From Spirochaetia bacterium (GTDB lineage Bacteria; Spirochaetota; Spirochaetia; SZUA-6; Bin103), in assembly GCA_965208575.1 (NCBI GenBank), contig CBDBOV010000001.1, forward strand, positions 384,001 to 448,000: DNA of 64,000 nt. The letters run 5' to 3'. Of this stretch, positions 47,875 through 58,097 are shown piece after piece. Within the stretch, counting starts at the first letter, position 1. The number at the start of each line of letters is the position of its first letter. The translations under genes were made by a program, and so were the position numbers. Below the pieces are notes generated by a model. The model saw nothing but the letters and a program-made list of their open reading frames with translations, did no database searches and was not told the origin of the DNA.

Positions 47875-48900
47875 ATGAGTTCTCAGGTAGCGCAGTATAC
47901 GGCCGCCGTTGCCGCGGGCAACGACTTGACGGCCGACGAGGCGCGGGCGTGCGCCGATGCGGTGTTCGCAGGCGCGGCGACCGAGCTGGACCAGGTGGTG
48001 GCGTTGCTGCAGGCGCTGGCCGAAAAGGGGGAGACGGCAGGCGAGGTGACCGGGTTCGCGCGCGCCATCCTGGAGCGGGCCACGCCGGCTCCCGCCGGGG
48101 TGCGCGGGCGCGGCGTGGACCTGGCCGGCACCGGCGGCAGCGGGCTGGCGCGGTTCAACGTGTCCACCGCAGCGGCATTCACGGTGGCCGCCGCGGGCAC
48201 GGCGGTGGTCAAGCACGGCAACCGCGGCTCCCGCCAACCCAACGGCAGCTTCGACTTTCTCGATGCGCTGGGCATCGAATACGACATGGCGCCGGAGGCG
48301 ATGGAGCGCTGCTTCGCGGACACCGGGCTGGCGTTCTTCTTCGCACGTGCCTGGCACCCGGCGATGGCCGCGGTGGCGCCGGCGCGGCAGCAGGTGGCGC
48401 GGCGCACCATTTTCAACCTGGCGGCACCGCTGTGCAATCCGGCGCGGCCGCCCTACCAGTTCATGGGCGCGAGCAGCGTGGCCGCGGCGGAGTTGCTGAT
48501 CGAAGTGCTCGCCGACCTCGGCCGCCGCCGCGCCCTGGTGGTGTGCGGCGCGCCGGGCATCGACGACCTGTCGATCGCCGGGCCCACGGAGGTGTTCACG
48601 CTCGACGCCGGCACCGTGCGGCGAGACACCGTGAGCCCCGACCAGTTCGGCATCGCCCCGGTTCCGTACGACGCCCTGCCCGCCGGCAGCGGCGAGGAGA
48701 ACGCCGCATTGTTCACCGACCTCATTGCCGCCGGTGCCGGGCCGTCGTCCCTGATCGACCTGATGTGTCTCAACGCGGGGGCGGCATTGTTCTGTGCGGA
48801 GGCCGCTGACAGCATTGCAGCCGGTTGTGCGGCCGCCCGCGCGGCGTTCGCCGATGGCGGCGTGGCGCGCAAGGTGGCGCAGTACCGGGAGCACCGTTAG
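47875..48900 (+). CDS. trpD: anthranilate phosphoribosyltransferase
   Basis: GTGG, FNVST, KHGNR, HPAM..VAPARQ, RTIFN...NP, LNAGAAL. Confidence 0.92.
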   Translation: MSSQVAQYTAAVAAGNDLTADEARACADAVFAGAATELDQVVALLQALAEKGETAGEVTGFARAILERATPAPAGVRGRGVDLAGTGGSGLARFNVSTAAAFTVAAAGTAVVKHGNRGSRQPNGSFDFLDALGIEYDMAPEAMERCFADTGLAFFFARAWHPAMAAVAPARQQVARRTIFNLAAPLCNPARPPYQFMGASSVAAAELLIEVLADLGRRRALVVCGAPGIDDLSIAGPTEVFTLDAGTVRRDTVSPDQFGIAPVPYDALPAGSGEENAALFTDLIAAGAGPSSLIDLMCLNAGAALFCAEAADSIAAGCAAARAAFADGGVARKVAQYREHR

Positions 48901-48950
48901 GCGGGTCCGTCCGGTAGCGGCCGGCACCAGCTTGCGCCGTCGTGGACAGG

Positions 48951-49265
48951 TCAGTCCGCGCGGGCGATGTGGAGCAGCACGGTGAACTCCTCGTAGCAGT
49001 CGCCGCAACGGCGCAGGTGGTCGGCAACCAGCGGGCCGAGCGCGTTGATGTCGCCGCCGCCGGACACCAGGTCCACGAGACGGTCGAGCTCGGAAAAGCA
49101 CTCCTCACAGGACATCTCCCGTTCGCCGGTGCGCGCTACCATGGCGCCCATCCCCCTGAGGAACATGCGTAGCGGCATCTGCGGGTCCCCGAGAGGTGGG
49201 CGCCCGAGCATGCCGCCGGCGGCGCGCTGCAGGCGGCTCAACAGTGGTGCATCATGTGCGGCCAT
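48951..49265 (-). CDS. zinc-finger anti-sigma-like protein
   Basis: SCEEC...HLRRCGDC (HxxxCxxC), downstream of an ECF sigma factor. Confidence 0.75.
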   Translation of the reverse strand: MAAHDAPLLSRLQRAAGGMLGRPPLGDPQMPLRMFLRGMGAMVARTGEREMSCEECFSELDRLVDLVSGGGDINALGPLVADHLRRCGDCYEEFTVLLHIARAD

Positions 49266-49358
49266 GGATACGCTCTCTCATCCTGACGCGCCTTCCCGCG
49301 CCGAGCTTACCAATGGAACGCGCGTTCCCTTTCCTGTCGCGCGCCATCCGGCTGCGCG

Positions 49359-50003
49359 TCAGCCGAACACCCGCAGCAACTGCTCGTGGCTGAAGCCGTC
49401 TGCGGTCAGCTTGCGGCGCAATCTGCGGCGCGCATCGTGCAGCAGCTTGTACATGGCGTTGCGGGTGCTGCCCATGCGGCGGGCCACTTCCTCCAGCGGC
49501 ATGCCGTAGATTCCCACCGCCAGCAGCGCGCGCCGCTGCCGTTCGGTCAACTCGTCGTGGATGTAGCGGTGCAGGAGGGCGGTGACGGCTTTCTTGTCGG
49601 CTGCCTGCGCGGGACCCGGCGCCGGATCGGCAAACTCCACCGGCCGCCAATCATCGGGAGACGCGGCCAGCGCATCGAGCGAGACGTCCTGCCACCGCTT
49701 GCGCCGCAACTCGGTGAGCGCCACGCGCACCGCAATCTTGTGCGCCCAGGTGGTGAACCGGCTCTGGTCCCGGAACGAGTCCAGTTGATCGAGGATCTTG
49801 AGCAGCGCCTCCTGCACGAAGTCTTCCGCCTGCGAGTCGAACTCGCGTCCGCTCGCCCTGATCCGGCGCAACAGCCCGCGGCGCAGGCCGGCCACCAGGA
49901 TCCGGCGCAGGTCGGCAATGGCGGCATCGCGGGCCGGCCCCGCCGCCTGGAGATCGGCCACCCACCGCGCATTGGATCGCCCTGCCAACTGTGCTTCCGG
50001 CAT
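49359..50003 (-). CDS. ECF sigma-70 family RNA polymerase sigma factor
   Basis: AEDFVQEA, SRFTTWAHKIA, LTERQR, EEVARRMG..NAMYKLLHDARRRL. Confidence 0.92.
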   Translation of the reverse strand: MPEAQLAGRSNARWVADLQAAGPARDAAIADLRRILVAGLRRGLLRRIRASGREFDSQAEDFVQEALLKILDQLDSFRDQSRFTTWAHKIAVRVALTELRRKRWQDVSLDALAASPDDWRPVEFADPAPGPAQAADKKAVTALLHRYIHDELTERQRRALLAVGIYGMPLEEVARRMGSTRNAMYKLLHDARRRLRRKLTADGFSHEQLLRVFG

Positions 50004-50163
50004 CGGCTCTCGACAATGGTAGCGCAACCCACCTGTGCTGCAAAGTCGGACGGGGTGCAGGGGGGGTGCAGTCTGGTGCAGGGGGGTGGTGCCGGTTCCC
50101 CAACCGCGGGGTGGACGAGTACTGTTGGAGCCGTACCACGACAGGTTCAAGGGAGAGAACGTA

Positions 50164-50955
50164 ATGGCGATTCGGGTAACGGTGTGGAACGAGTTCGTGC
50201 ACGAGCAGAACAACGACTTCGTGCGCAGCATCTATCCGCACGGGATTCATGAGCAGATCGGCGGCTACCTCCGGCGGCAGCCGGGCCTGGAGGTGGCGAC
50301 CGCGACGCTGGAGCAGCCGGACCACGGCCTGACCGAGGCGGTGCTTGGCAACACCGACGTGCTGATCTGGTGGGGCCACGCGGCGCACCGCAAGGTGCGC
50401 GACGACATCGTGGACCGCGTGCAGGAGCGCATCCTGGCGGGGATGGGACTGGTGGTGCTGCACTCGGGACACTTTTCGAAGATTTTCAAGCGCATGATGG
50501 GGACCAGTTGCGGGCTGTGCTGGCGCGAGGCGGCGGAGCGGGAGCGGCTGTGGGTGGTCAATCCCAATCATCCCATCACCCGCGGCTGCGGGCGCTACAT
50601 CGAGATTCCGAACGCCGAAATGTACGGCGAGCACTTCGACATACCGGAGCCTGACGAACTGCTGTTCGTGAGCTGGTTCGAGGGCGGCGAGGTGTTCCGC
50701 AGCGGCGCCGTCTGGCACCGCGGGCGCGGCAAGATCTTCTACTTCCGTCCCGGCCACGAAACCTATCCGATCTTCCACCACGACGGCGTGCTGCACGTCA
50801 TCGCCAACGGCGTGCGCTGGTGTGCGTTCGACGGCAACACCGAGACCGTTGGCATCGGCGTGGCGCGCAATATCCCGGAGCCGATCGAGGAGTTGAGCCC
50901 GAAGGACTACGTGGAGGGCGAGATCGAGCATCCGTCCGAATCGCTGGCGCGCTAG
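50164..50955 (+). CDS. ThuA-like trehalose utilization protein
   Basis: [40 protein letters not shown]. Confidence 0.92.
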   Translation: MAIRVTVWNEFVHEQNNDFVRSIYPHGIHEQIGGYLRRQPGLEVATATLEQPDHGLTEAVLGNTDVLIWWGHAAHRKVRDDIVDRVQERILAGMGLVVLHSGHFSKIFKRMMGTSCGLCWREAAERERLWVVNPNHPITRGCGRYIEIPNAEMYGEHFDIPEPDELLFVSWFEGGEVFRSGAVWHRGRGKIFYFRPGHETYPIFHHDGVLHVIANGVRWCAFDGNTETVGIGVARNIPEPIEELSPKDYVEGEIEHPSESLAR

Positions 50956-51088
50956 TAGCCCGTGGCGAAAAACCCGGCGTCGCGCCGCTCGAATGCGGCG
51001 GGAATTCGCCACGGCTGTACGCTGCTGGCGCCGGGAACCGGCCCGGAAGGCGTATGATTCGCCGCGCCGGAAGCGTCCAGAGGGTGTG

Positions 51089-51706
51089 ATGGACACGAGG
51101 TCAGAGAGACGGCGCGGCCGGCTGTCGGCGGGTTTGACGAAGATGGCGTGGCTGCCGCTGCCGGCGGCGCTCGTCCTGCTGCTGGCGGCTGCCTGCAACC
51201 GCGGCGGAGACGACTCGGGCCAGGGAGCCGCGGCGGCGGCGGCGAATCTGCCGCAGGTGGGCGACTTCGAAATCGTGGCCTATCAGACCGGTTCGGGACT
51301 CACCGCGGAGCGCATGCAGTTCAGCGCGGTGCTCGACGCCGGCAAGCCGGTGGTGCTCAACTTCTGGGCCGGACTGTGTCCCCCGTGCCGCGCGGAGATG
51401 CCGGAGTTCCAGGAAGTGTACGATGAGTATAGCGACCGCATCCTGATGCTGGGCATCGACCTGGGGCCGTTCACCGGGCTCGGCAACACCGACCAGGGCC
51501 GGGCGCTGTTGAGCGAGTTGGGAGTGTCCTACCCGGCGGGTACCACCGAAGATGCCGACGTGGTGGCGCAGTTCCAGGTGCTCGGCATGCCGACTACGCT
51601 GTTTGTCACCCCCGATGGAGGTGTCGTCGCCAAGTGGACCGGCATCCTCACCAAGGACAAGCTGATCGAGCACGTCGAAGAGTTGCTCGCGGTAAGCAGC
51701 CCGTGA
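51089..51706 (+). CDS. TlpA-family disulfide reductase lipoprotein
   Basis: Lipobox LAAAC; VVLNFWAGLCPPCRAEMP; GMPTT. Confidence 0.88.
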   Translation: MDTRSERRRGRLSAGLTKMAWLPLPAALVLLLAAACNRGGDDSGQGAAAAAANLPQVGDFEIVAYQTGSGLTAERMQFSAVLDAGKPVVLNFWAGLCPPCRAEMPEFQEVYDEYSDRILMLGIDLGPFTGLGNTDQGRALLSELGVSYPAGTTEDADVVAQFQVLGMPTTLFVTPDGGVVAKWTGILTKDKLIEHVEELLAVSSP

Positions 51707-52548
51707 GCGGCGCCGAGGCGGTCAGCCGCCGCAACCAGGTGATCAGCTTCGCGGTGCCGGCGCTGGTGGTGGCCGCGCTGCTGGCGGCGGTGATCCGCGT
51801 GCAGGCCGACGTCGAGTCGGCGGCGGCCAACGTGTCCGTTACCCTGCCGTTCCTGTTCGCGTTCCTCGCCGGCATGGTGGCGAGCGTCAACCCGTGCGGG
51901 TTCGTCATGCTGCCCACCTACATCTCCTACCACCTCGGCAGCGAGGAGGAGGGGTTCTACGACCGCTCCTTCGTCGAGCGCGCCGGGCGCGGCCTGCTGC
52001 TCGGCGTGGCGGCCACCGGCGGCTTCATCGCGGTCGCCGCCGCGGTGGGAGTGGTGGTGGCGGCCGGCGGCCAGTGGCTTACCGCCACCTTTCGGTTCTT
52101 CGGCGCCGCGCTCGGCGTCGTCCTGCTCGGCATCGGCGTGTGGCTGCTGACCGGGCGCGGCAAGCTGGCGCTGCTGGCGGCGAGCCGCGTGCACGTGAGC
52201 CCGCGCCGCAACCTCGGCAACGTGGTGGCGTTCGGCGCCGCCTACTCGATCAGCTCGCTGAGCTGCACCCTGCCGATCTTTCTCGCCGTGGTCGGCATCG
52301 GCCTCGGCACGCAGGGGCTCGGCGCCGCCTTCGGCCAGTTCATGGGCTACGCGCTGGGCATGGGGTCGGTGCTGATCGCCGTAACCGTGGGCGCCGCCCT
52401 GTTTCGCGGCGCGGTGGCGAAGTGGCTGCGCGGTTCGATGCTGGCCATCAGCCGCGCCAGCGCCATGTTCCTGGTCGGCGCCGGCGGCTACCTGATCTAC
52501 TACTGGGTCGTGTTCGCCGACGCCTTCGGCTGGTTCGCCGCCGCCTGA
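51703..52548 (+). CDS. ccdA: cytochrome c biogenesis CcdA-family membrane protein
   Basis: NPCGFVMLP and SLSCTLP cysteines; multi-TM; GTGA overlap with the TlpA gene. Confidence 0.82.
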   Translation: MSGAEAVSRRNQVISFAVPALVVAALLAAVIRVQADVESAAANVSVTLPFLFAFLAGMVASVNPCGFVMLPTYISYHLGSEEEGFYDRSFVERAGRGLLLGVAATGGFIAVAAAVGVVVAAGGQWLTATFRFFGAALGVVLLGIGVWLLTGRGKLALLAASRVHVSPRRNLGNVVAFGAAYSISSLSCTLPIFLAVVGIGLGTQGLGAAFGQFMGYALGMGSVLIAVTVGAALFRGAVAKWLRGSMLAISRASAMFLVGAGGYLIYYWVVFADAFGWFAAA

Positions 52549-52575
52549 GCCGCCGTCCGCCCGCCGCGGGACGGG

Positions 52576-53592
52576 TCACTCGTCCCAGGGGTGGAGGATT
52601 ACCTTGCCGGTCTCGCCGGTGAGTTGCAGTTCGAACGCCTTCCGGGCGTCCTTCATCGGCATGCGGTGGGTGATCTGCTTGTCGAGCAGATCACTGGAGT
52701 CGGCGATCACGCCGAGCAGCTTGGAGGCGTCGGCGCGGTTGTAGTGCCACGCCCCGAACAGTGCGAGGCCGCGGCTGATCATGTCGCGGCTGGTACCCAG
52801 CGGCACGTCGCCGCCCTGGCCGACGAACGCCAAACGGCCGCGGCGACGCAGGCAGTCGAGCGCGAAGCGCTGTGCCGGCGCGACGCCGGAGCAGTCCACC
52901 GCGGCATCCACGCCGCGGCCGCCGGTCAACTCCCACACCTGCTCGACGGCGCCGTCGGCGGCCGGATCGACCGCCACCGCACCGAGCTCCTCGGCCAGCT
53001 TGCGCCGGTAGGGGATCGTCTCCACCGCGACCGGGCGCGCGCGCCGGTGCAGGACGTTGACGATTGCCCCAAGGCCCACGGGACCGATGCCGGTGACCAT
53101 CACCGTCTCGCCGCTGCCCACGTTCATGCGCTGCATGGCGCCGAACGTGGGGCCGAGACCGCAGCACGCCATGCTGCCGTGGTCATACGACATCGAGTCG
53201 GGAAGAGGAACCAGGAACCGGTCCTGCTTGATCACGTACTGCGCGTAGGTGCCGGTGCCGTGCTCGTATATGCCGAGCTCTTCGGGACTCGGCTGGTTCT
53301 CGCAGTGGATGTACTCGCCGGCCAGACACAGGTCGCACACGCCGCAACTGGTCTGCGGCATCACCGCCACCCGGTCGCCCACCTTGATCAGGCTGGAGTG
53401 GTCCACGTCCACCACCTCGCCGGCCGCCTCGTGGCCCATCGACAGTTGCCCGCGCCCCGCCTTGTACGCCTTGTACTCGGTGCACATGGGTGCGCTGTGG
53501 ATCTTTACCACCACCCACTCGCCCTGCGCCCGCGGATCGGGAACGTCTGCCAGGCTCACCTGCCGGTCATCGGTCGTCTGAACTACTTTCAC
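52576..53592 (-). CDS. zinc-binding alcohol dehydrogenase family protein
   Basis: MCTE, GHEAAG, CGVCDLC...C, GIGPVG. Confidence 0.92.
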   Translation of the reverse strand: MKVVQTTDDRQVSLADVPDPRAQGEWVVVKIHSAPMCTEYKAYKAGRGQLSMGHEAAGEVVDVDHSSLIKVGDRVAVMPQTSCGVCDLCLAGEYIHCENQPSPEELGIYEHGTGTYAQYVIKQDRFLVPLPDSMSYDHGSMACCGLGPTFGAMQRMNVGSGETVMVTGIGPVGLGAIVNVLHRRARPVAVETIPYRRKLAEELGAVAVDPAADGAVEQVWELTGGRGVDAAVDCSGVAPAQRFALDCLRRRGRLAFVGQGGDVPLGTSRDMISRGLALFGAWHYNRADASKLLGVIADSSDLLDKQITHRMPMKDARKAFELQLTGETGKVILHPWDE

Positions 53593-53787
53593 GATGGTAC
53601 TCCCACGATTGCGCTCGGCGGCATCATAGTGACCCGCGCCGGGCACGACAAGGACGCGTGGCGAGCCGGCTGCGCTGTGCCAGAGGGGGCGCTTGCGGAC
53701 CCCGTGGTTGCCGCTTGCCGGGGTGCGTCGGCGGCAAGTAACTTTCGGCGCCGTGAACAGCTACCCGCAGCCGAACGGTACCGGGCA

Positions 53788-56016
53788 ATGACCGACACCA
53801 TTGCCGCCGGCGACGATGGCCTGACCCCGCGCCAGATGCGCGCAGCGCAGCGCAACTTCACCTTGTTCTCGTTCCTGAACGTGGTGTCGTTCCACCTGTT
53901 GACCGGCAATCTGATCGCCCTCTACGCCCTGCGCCTCGGCGCCGGCGACCTGCTGGTCGGCGTGCTGTACTCGTTCTTTCCACTCGGCCAACTGGTGCCG
54001 CTGCTCGGCCGCCTCATCGTGCGGCGGCTCGGCACGGTGCGCACCATGGGCATCTTCTGGGTTGCCCGCTATGCGCTGATGTCGCCGATCCTGCTGGCGC
54101 CCCTGTTTGCCAACAATGCGGCCCCGGTCAGCATCTGGCTGATCGTGGCGGCCGTGGTCGGCTTCAACCTGGCGCGCGGCGTCGCCATCACCGGCCACAA
54201 CGCCATCGTCGGCGCCATTACCACCGAAACCGAACGTGGCTCGTTCCTGTCGCGCAATCAGCTCGTGATCCATGCCGCCGGCATCGGCGCGGGGCTGGCG
54301 ATCGGGCTGCTGCTGCAGGAACAGTCGCCGCTGTGGCTGTATTCCCTGCTGATGGGAGCCGGCATCGTGATCGGCCTGTCCTCGACCCGGCTGGTGTTCC
54401 GCTTCCCGGAGCCGCCCGCCCCCGACCGCGCCGGCGGCTTCTTCGCGTCGCTCGGCCGCACGCTGCGGCGCACCGGCGTGCCGCGCTTCCTGGTCCTGCT
54501 GGCGGTGCACAGCTTCGCGGTTTCCATGGTGATCCCGTTCCTGGTGGTGTACGCCAAGCGGGCGCACGGCCTCGGCGACAACACCGCCATGCTGCTCGGG
54601 GCGGTGGGCGGAGCCGGCGCCATCGTCATGGCGCTGGTGAGCGCATTCGTGATCGACCGGGTAGGCGCCAAGCCGCTGATTTCGCTGTTCACCGCGACCC
54701 TGGCCGTGACCACGGTGATGCTGGCCGTGGCACCGCCGCTCGACACCGTCACCGCGGTGTGGGTGTACCTGGGCGTGGTGTTCTTCTTCGCCACCTTCGG
54801 CGCCGCCGGAGCCACCAGCGCCAACAGCGTCTACTATTTCAATCTCACGCCGAGCGCCGACCGGCTCAACCTCGGCATTCTTTACTTCCTGGTCACCGGC
54901 ATCCCGGCATCGCTCGGGTCGCTGGGCGGCGGCTTGGCACTCGACTTCCTGAGGTCGGTGCGGGCGCTGGACGTGCCCGACGTGTACCGGATCTATTTCG
55001 GCGCCCTTGCGGTGGCCTACGTCGGCATTCTCATGCTGGCATCGCGCATTGAGCGGCTTGGCGCCTACCGGGTGCACGACCTGCTGGGACTGTTCGCGTC
55101 GCCGCGCGACCTGCGGGCGCTGGCGCTGTTGCACCGGCTGAAGGGCAGCAGCACCTCCGACAGCGAGCAGTCGCTGGTGCGCCGGCTCGGCGATGCGCCG
55201 TCGCGGCTGGCGGCGCCCGACCTGCTGCGCCGCCTCGACTCACCGCGCTTCGCGGTGCGGTCGGAGGCGCTGGACTCGCTCGCCGACATGCCGGCCACCG
55301 ACGAACTGGCGCGCGCCCTGATCGCGGAGGTGGCCGGGCAGCCGTTCACGACCGCGCACAAGGCGGCCGACCTGATCGGGCGCAAGCAGCTGGCCGACGG
55401 GGTGGAGGTGCTGCGCGGCAGCCTCACCTCGCCGGACGTGTTCCTGGTCGGCAAGGCGATGGTGTCGCTGGCCCGTCTCGGCGACCAGGCGAGCCGCGCT
55501 CCCATCGAGGAGCTGTTCCGCTCTACCGACAACCCGCGCCTGCTGATCCACGGCGCGGCCGCGCTGGAGCTGTTCGGCGACCCCGCGTCGCTGGACGACG
55601 TGCTGGCGGTGCTGGAACGAGCGCCGAGCCGCTACGTACGCGACGAGGTGATCCTGTCCGCGGCCGGCATCCTGGAGATGGCCAACAACTTCTACCCGCT
55701 GTACCAGGGGTTCCTCGCCGACGCGCGGCGCGGCATCGCGCTGGTTACCGACTACGTGGCCGAGCAGCAGGAGCGCGCCCGTCTGGAGCCGCACGTGCTG
55801 GGGCTGGTCACGGCGCCGGTGGCCGCGTTCGGCGATCCGGCGGCGTTCCGCTCCGCCGCCGGCGACGCGCTGGAGGCGATCCCGGTCGTGGTGCGCGACG
55901 TGCCGCTCACCGCCATCCTCTCCGAGGCGTTGCAGCGACCGGTCACCGGCGCTCTCGACCACTACCGCTTCCTGCTCGCCGCCAGCGTCGCGTTCTACGC
56001 CTGGCGCCGCCTGTAA
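53788..56016 (+). CDS. MFS transporter fused to a C-terminal HEAT-repeat domain
   Basis: About 12 TM segments (IDRVGAKP loop), then SPRFAVRSEALDSL, SPDVFLVGKAMVSLARLGD and YVRDEVILS repeats. Confidence 0.82.
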   Translation: MTDTIAAGDDGLTPRQMRAAQRNFTLFSFLNVVSFHLLTGNLIALYALRLGAGDLLVGVLYSFFPLGQLVPLLGRLIVRRLGTVRTMGIFWVARYALMSPILLAPLFANNAAPVSIWLIVAAVVGFNLARGVAITGHNAIVGAITTETERGSFLSRNQLVIHAAGIGAGLAIGLLLQEQSPLWLYSLLMGAGIVIGLSSTRLVFRFPEPPAPDRAGGFFASLGRTLRRTGVPRFLVLLAVHSFAVSMVIPFLVVYAKRAHGLGDNTAMLLGAVGGAGAIVMALVSAFVIDRVGAKPLISLFTATLAVTTVMLAVAPPLDTVTAVWVYLGVVFFFATFGAAGATSANSVYYFNLTPSADRLNLGILYFLVTGIPASLGSLGGGLALDFLRSVRALDVPDVYRIYFGALAVAYVGILMLASRIERLGAYRVHDLLGLFASPRDLRALALLHRLKGSSTSDSEQSLVRRLGDAPSRLAAPDLLRRLDSPRFAVRSEALDSLADMPATDELARALIAEVAGQPFTTAHKAADLIGRKQLADGVEVLRGSLTSPDVFLVGKAMVSLARLGDQASRAPIEELFRSTDNPRLLIHGAAALELFGDPASLDDVLAVLERAPSRYVRDEVILSAAGILEMANNFYPLYQGFLADARRGIALVTDYVAEQQERARLEPHVLGLVTAPVAAFGDPAAFRSAAGDALEAIPVVVRDVPLTAILSEALQRPVTGALDHYRFLLAASVAFYAWRRL

Positions 56017-56021
56017 ACAGT

Positions 56022-56993
56022 CTACTCGATGCGCTCCAACTGTCCTGAATCGGCCGAGCGCTCGGCGGCTTCCACGATGCGCTGCGCGTGGACGGCGTCG
56101 GCCATGGTCGACAGCGGCGCCGGGCCCCCGTCGCGCACGTGGGCGACGAAGTGCTCCACTTCGCGGTAGATCGAGTAGGGGTAGGCGCTGTAGGTCTGCG
56201 AGTGGACCTCGGCGGGCTTGTTCTGCACCCAGTCGCGGTAGCTGTAGCGGGTGGCACCGTCGGTGCCGATCGCCTTGATCAGCACCGTCCACGGGTCGGC
56301 GGTGTGGTCGTCGGCGGCGAAGCTGGCCTCAAGGTGGGCGAGCGCTCCCGAACCCATGCGCAGGTTCACCAGCGCGACATCCTCCTGGGTGATGGTCTGG
56401 TAATGCAGGGTGGCCTTCATGGCACTCAACTCGACCGGGCGTCCGGCGAGGTAGAGCAGAATGTAGGCGTGATGGGTCAGGATCTGGCGAATCACGCCCG
56501 GAATCGTGCGCACGTGCTCTTCGGCGTGGTGAATGTTGTACAGCACGTACACCGCGATCAGCCGCCCGAGCGCGCCGCCCGCGATCAGTTCGCCGGCGCG
56601 TCGCACGCCGTCCTCGTAGATGTAGTTGTGGCCCGGCATGCACACCAGGCCCGCGGCGTCGGCGCGCGCCGCCATCTCCTCGATCTCGGCCACCGTGACA
56701 CTCACCGGCTTTTCCACCAGCACGTGCTTGCCGGCCGCCAGCGCCTGCAAGGTGAACTCGTGATGGCTCTCCAGGTTGGTGAGCACGTGCACGGCGTCGA
56801 TGGCCGGGTCGGCGAGCAGGTCGTCGGCGCTGTCGTAGCGCGCGCAGCCCCAGGCGCGCGCCTTCTGCTCGGCCCGCGCCGGGGTGCGGTTCCACACTCC
56901 CACCAGCCGCACCCCGGCGCAGCGCCGCACCGCCTCCGCGTGCAGGTTGGCCACCACTCCGGCGCCGAAGAATCCGATTCCCAGTTGTTTCAT
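56022..56993 (-). CDS. Gfo/Idh/MocA family oxidoreductase
   Basis: GFFGAGVVA, AGKHVLVEKP, GHNY. Confidence 0.92.
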   Translation of the reverse strand: MKQLGIGFFGAGVVANLHAEAVRRCAGVRLVGVWNRTPARAEQKARAWGCARYDSADDLLADPAIDAVHVLTNLESHHEFTLQALAAGKHVLVEKPVSVTVAEIEEMAARADAAGLVCMPGHNYIYEDGVRRAGELIAGGALGRLIAVYVLYNIHHAEEHVRTIPGVIRQILTHHAYILLYLAGRPVELSAMKATLHYQTITQEDVALVNLRMGSGALAHLEASFAADDHTADPWTVLIKAIGTDGATRYSYRDWVQNKPAEVHSQTYSAYPYSIYREVEHFVAHVRDGGPAPLSTMADAVHAQRIVEAAERSADSGQLERIE

Positions 56994-57074
56994 GTCGCCG
57001 AAGACTATGGTGTCCCGACCCCGGCCTGTGCAATGCCCGGTCCGCGTGGTTCGTGCTACTGTGCGGCCACGAAT

Positions 57075-58097
57075 ATGGAATATCGCCGCTTGGGGCGTTC
57101 GGGCCTGAAGGTGTCCGAACTGTGTCTGGGAACGATGACCTTCGGGGTGACGGCCGGCGCCGAAGCCGCCTCCGCCATGGTGAACGCCGCCTTCGACGCC
57201 GGGGTCAACTTCTTCGACACCGCCAACTCCTACGCCGAGGGCGCATCGGAGCGCCTGCTCGGCCAGGCGCTGGCGGGTCGCCGCCGGGACGCGGTGGTGG
57301 CCACCAAGTTCTTCAACCCGATGGGCGGCGGCATCAACGACTCCGGCATGTCGCGCGTGCACATCATGGCGGCCGTGGAGGACAGCCTGCGCCGGCTCGG
57401 CACCGACTGGATCGACATCTACTACATCCACCACGTCGACGTGGAGACCGAGCTGGACGAGATGCTGTACGCCGTCGATGCGCTCGTGCGTCAGGGCAAG
57501 GTGCGCTACCCGGCGTGCAGCAACTACGAGGCATGGCGGCTGAGCGAGGCGCTGTGGCTCAGCGACCACCACGGGCTGGCGCGATTCGCCTGCTACCAGC
57601 CGCAGTACAGCCTGGTGGTGCGCGACATCGAGCTGGAGCTGCTGCCGCTGTGCCGGTACAAGCGGCTCGGCGTGGCGGTGTGGGCTCCGCTGGCGGGCGG
57701 CTTCCTGGCCGGCAAGTATCGCCCCGGCACGCAGGTGCGCGAGGGCAGCCGTTCGGCGGACGGATGGGCCTATCCGCGGGCGTACTTCGCGCCGACCGCG
57801 GACGCCACCCTGGCGCTGCTGCTGGATCGCGCTTCGGAGACCGGCCGGACGCCCGCCCAGGTGGCGTTGCGCTGGGTGCTGGAGCGACCGGGCATAACGT
57901 CGGCCATCGTGGGCGCACGCGACGTCGAGCAGTTGTCCCAGAACCTGGGCGCGGCCGGCTGGCGGCTGGATCCGGCGCTGCGCGAGGCGCTCACCGAGGT
58001 GAGCGAGCCGGCGGCGCGCTACCCGCAGGCGATGGAGGGAGAGATGGTGCAGCGCCGCGCCGCCGCGGTCGCGACACCGGCGGGAGACAAGCGATGA
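57075..58097 (+). CDS. aldo/keto reductase
   Basis: LGRSGLKVSELCLGTMTFG, DTANSY, SLRRLGTDWID, GKVRY, PLAGG. Confidence 0.94.
   Translation: MEYRRLGRSGLKVSELCLGTMTFGVTAGAEAASAMVNAAFDAGVNFFDTANSYAEGASERLLGQALAGRRRDAVVATKFFNPMGGGINDSGMSRVHIMAAVEDSLRRLGTDWIDIYYIHHVDVETELDEMLYAVDALVRQGKVRYPACSNYEAWRLSEALWLSDHHGLARFACYQPQYSLVVRDIELELLPLCRYKRLGVAVWAPLAGGFLAGKYRPGTQVREGSRSADGWAYPRAYFAPTADATLALLLDRASETGRTPAQVALRWVLERPGITSAIVGARDVEQLSQNLGAAGWRLDPALREALTEVSEPAARYPQAMEGEMVQRRAAAVATPAGDKR

Noticed and set aside
52591-56016. 1141-aa ORF as a multidomain protein
   Set aside because: The N-terminal ~400 aa are largely antisense to the Zn-dehydrogenase; the real gene starts at 53788.
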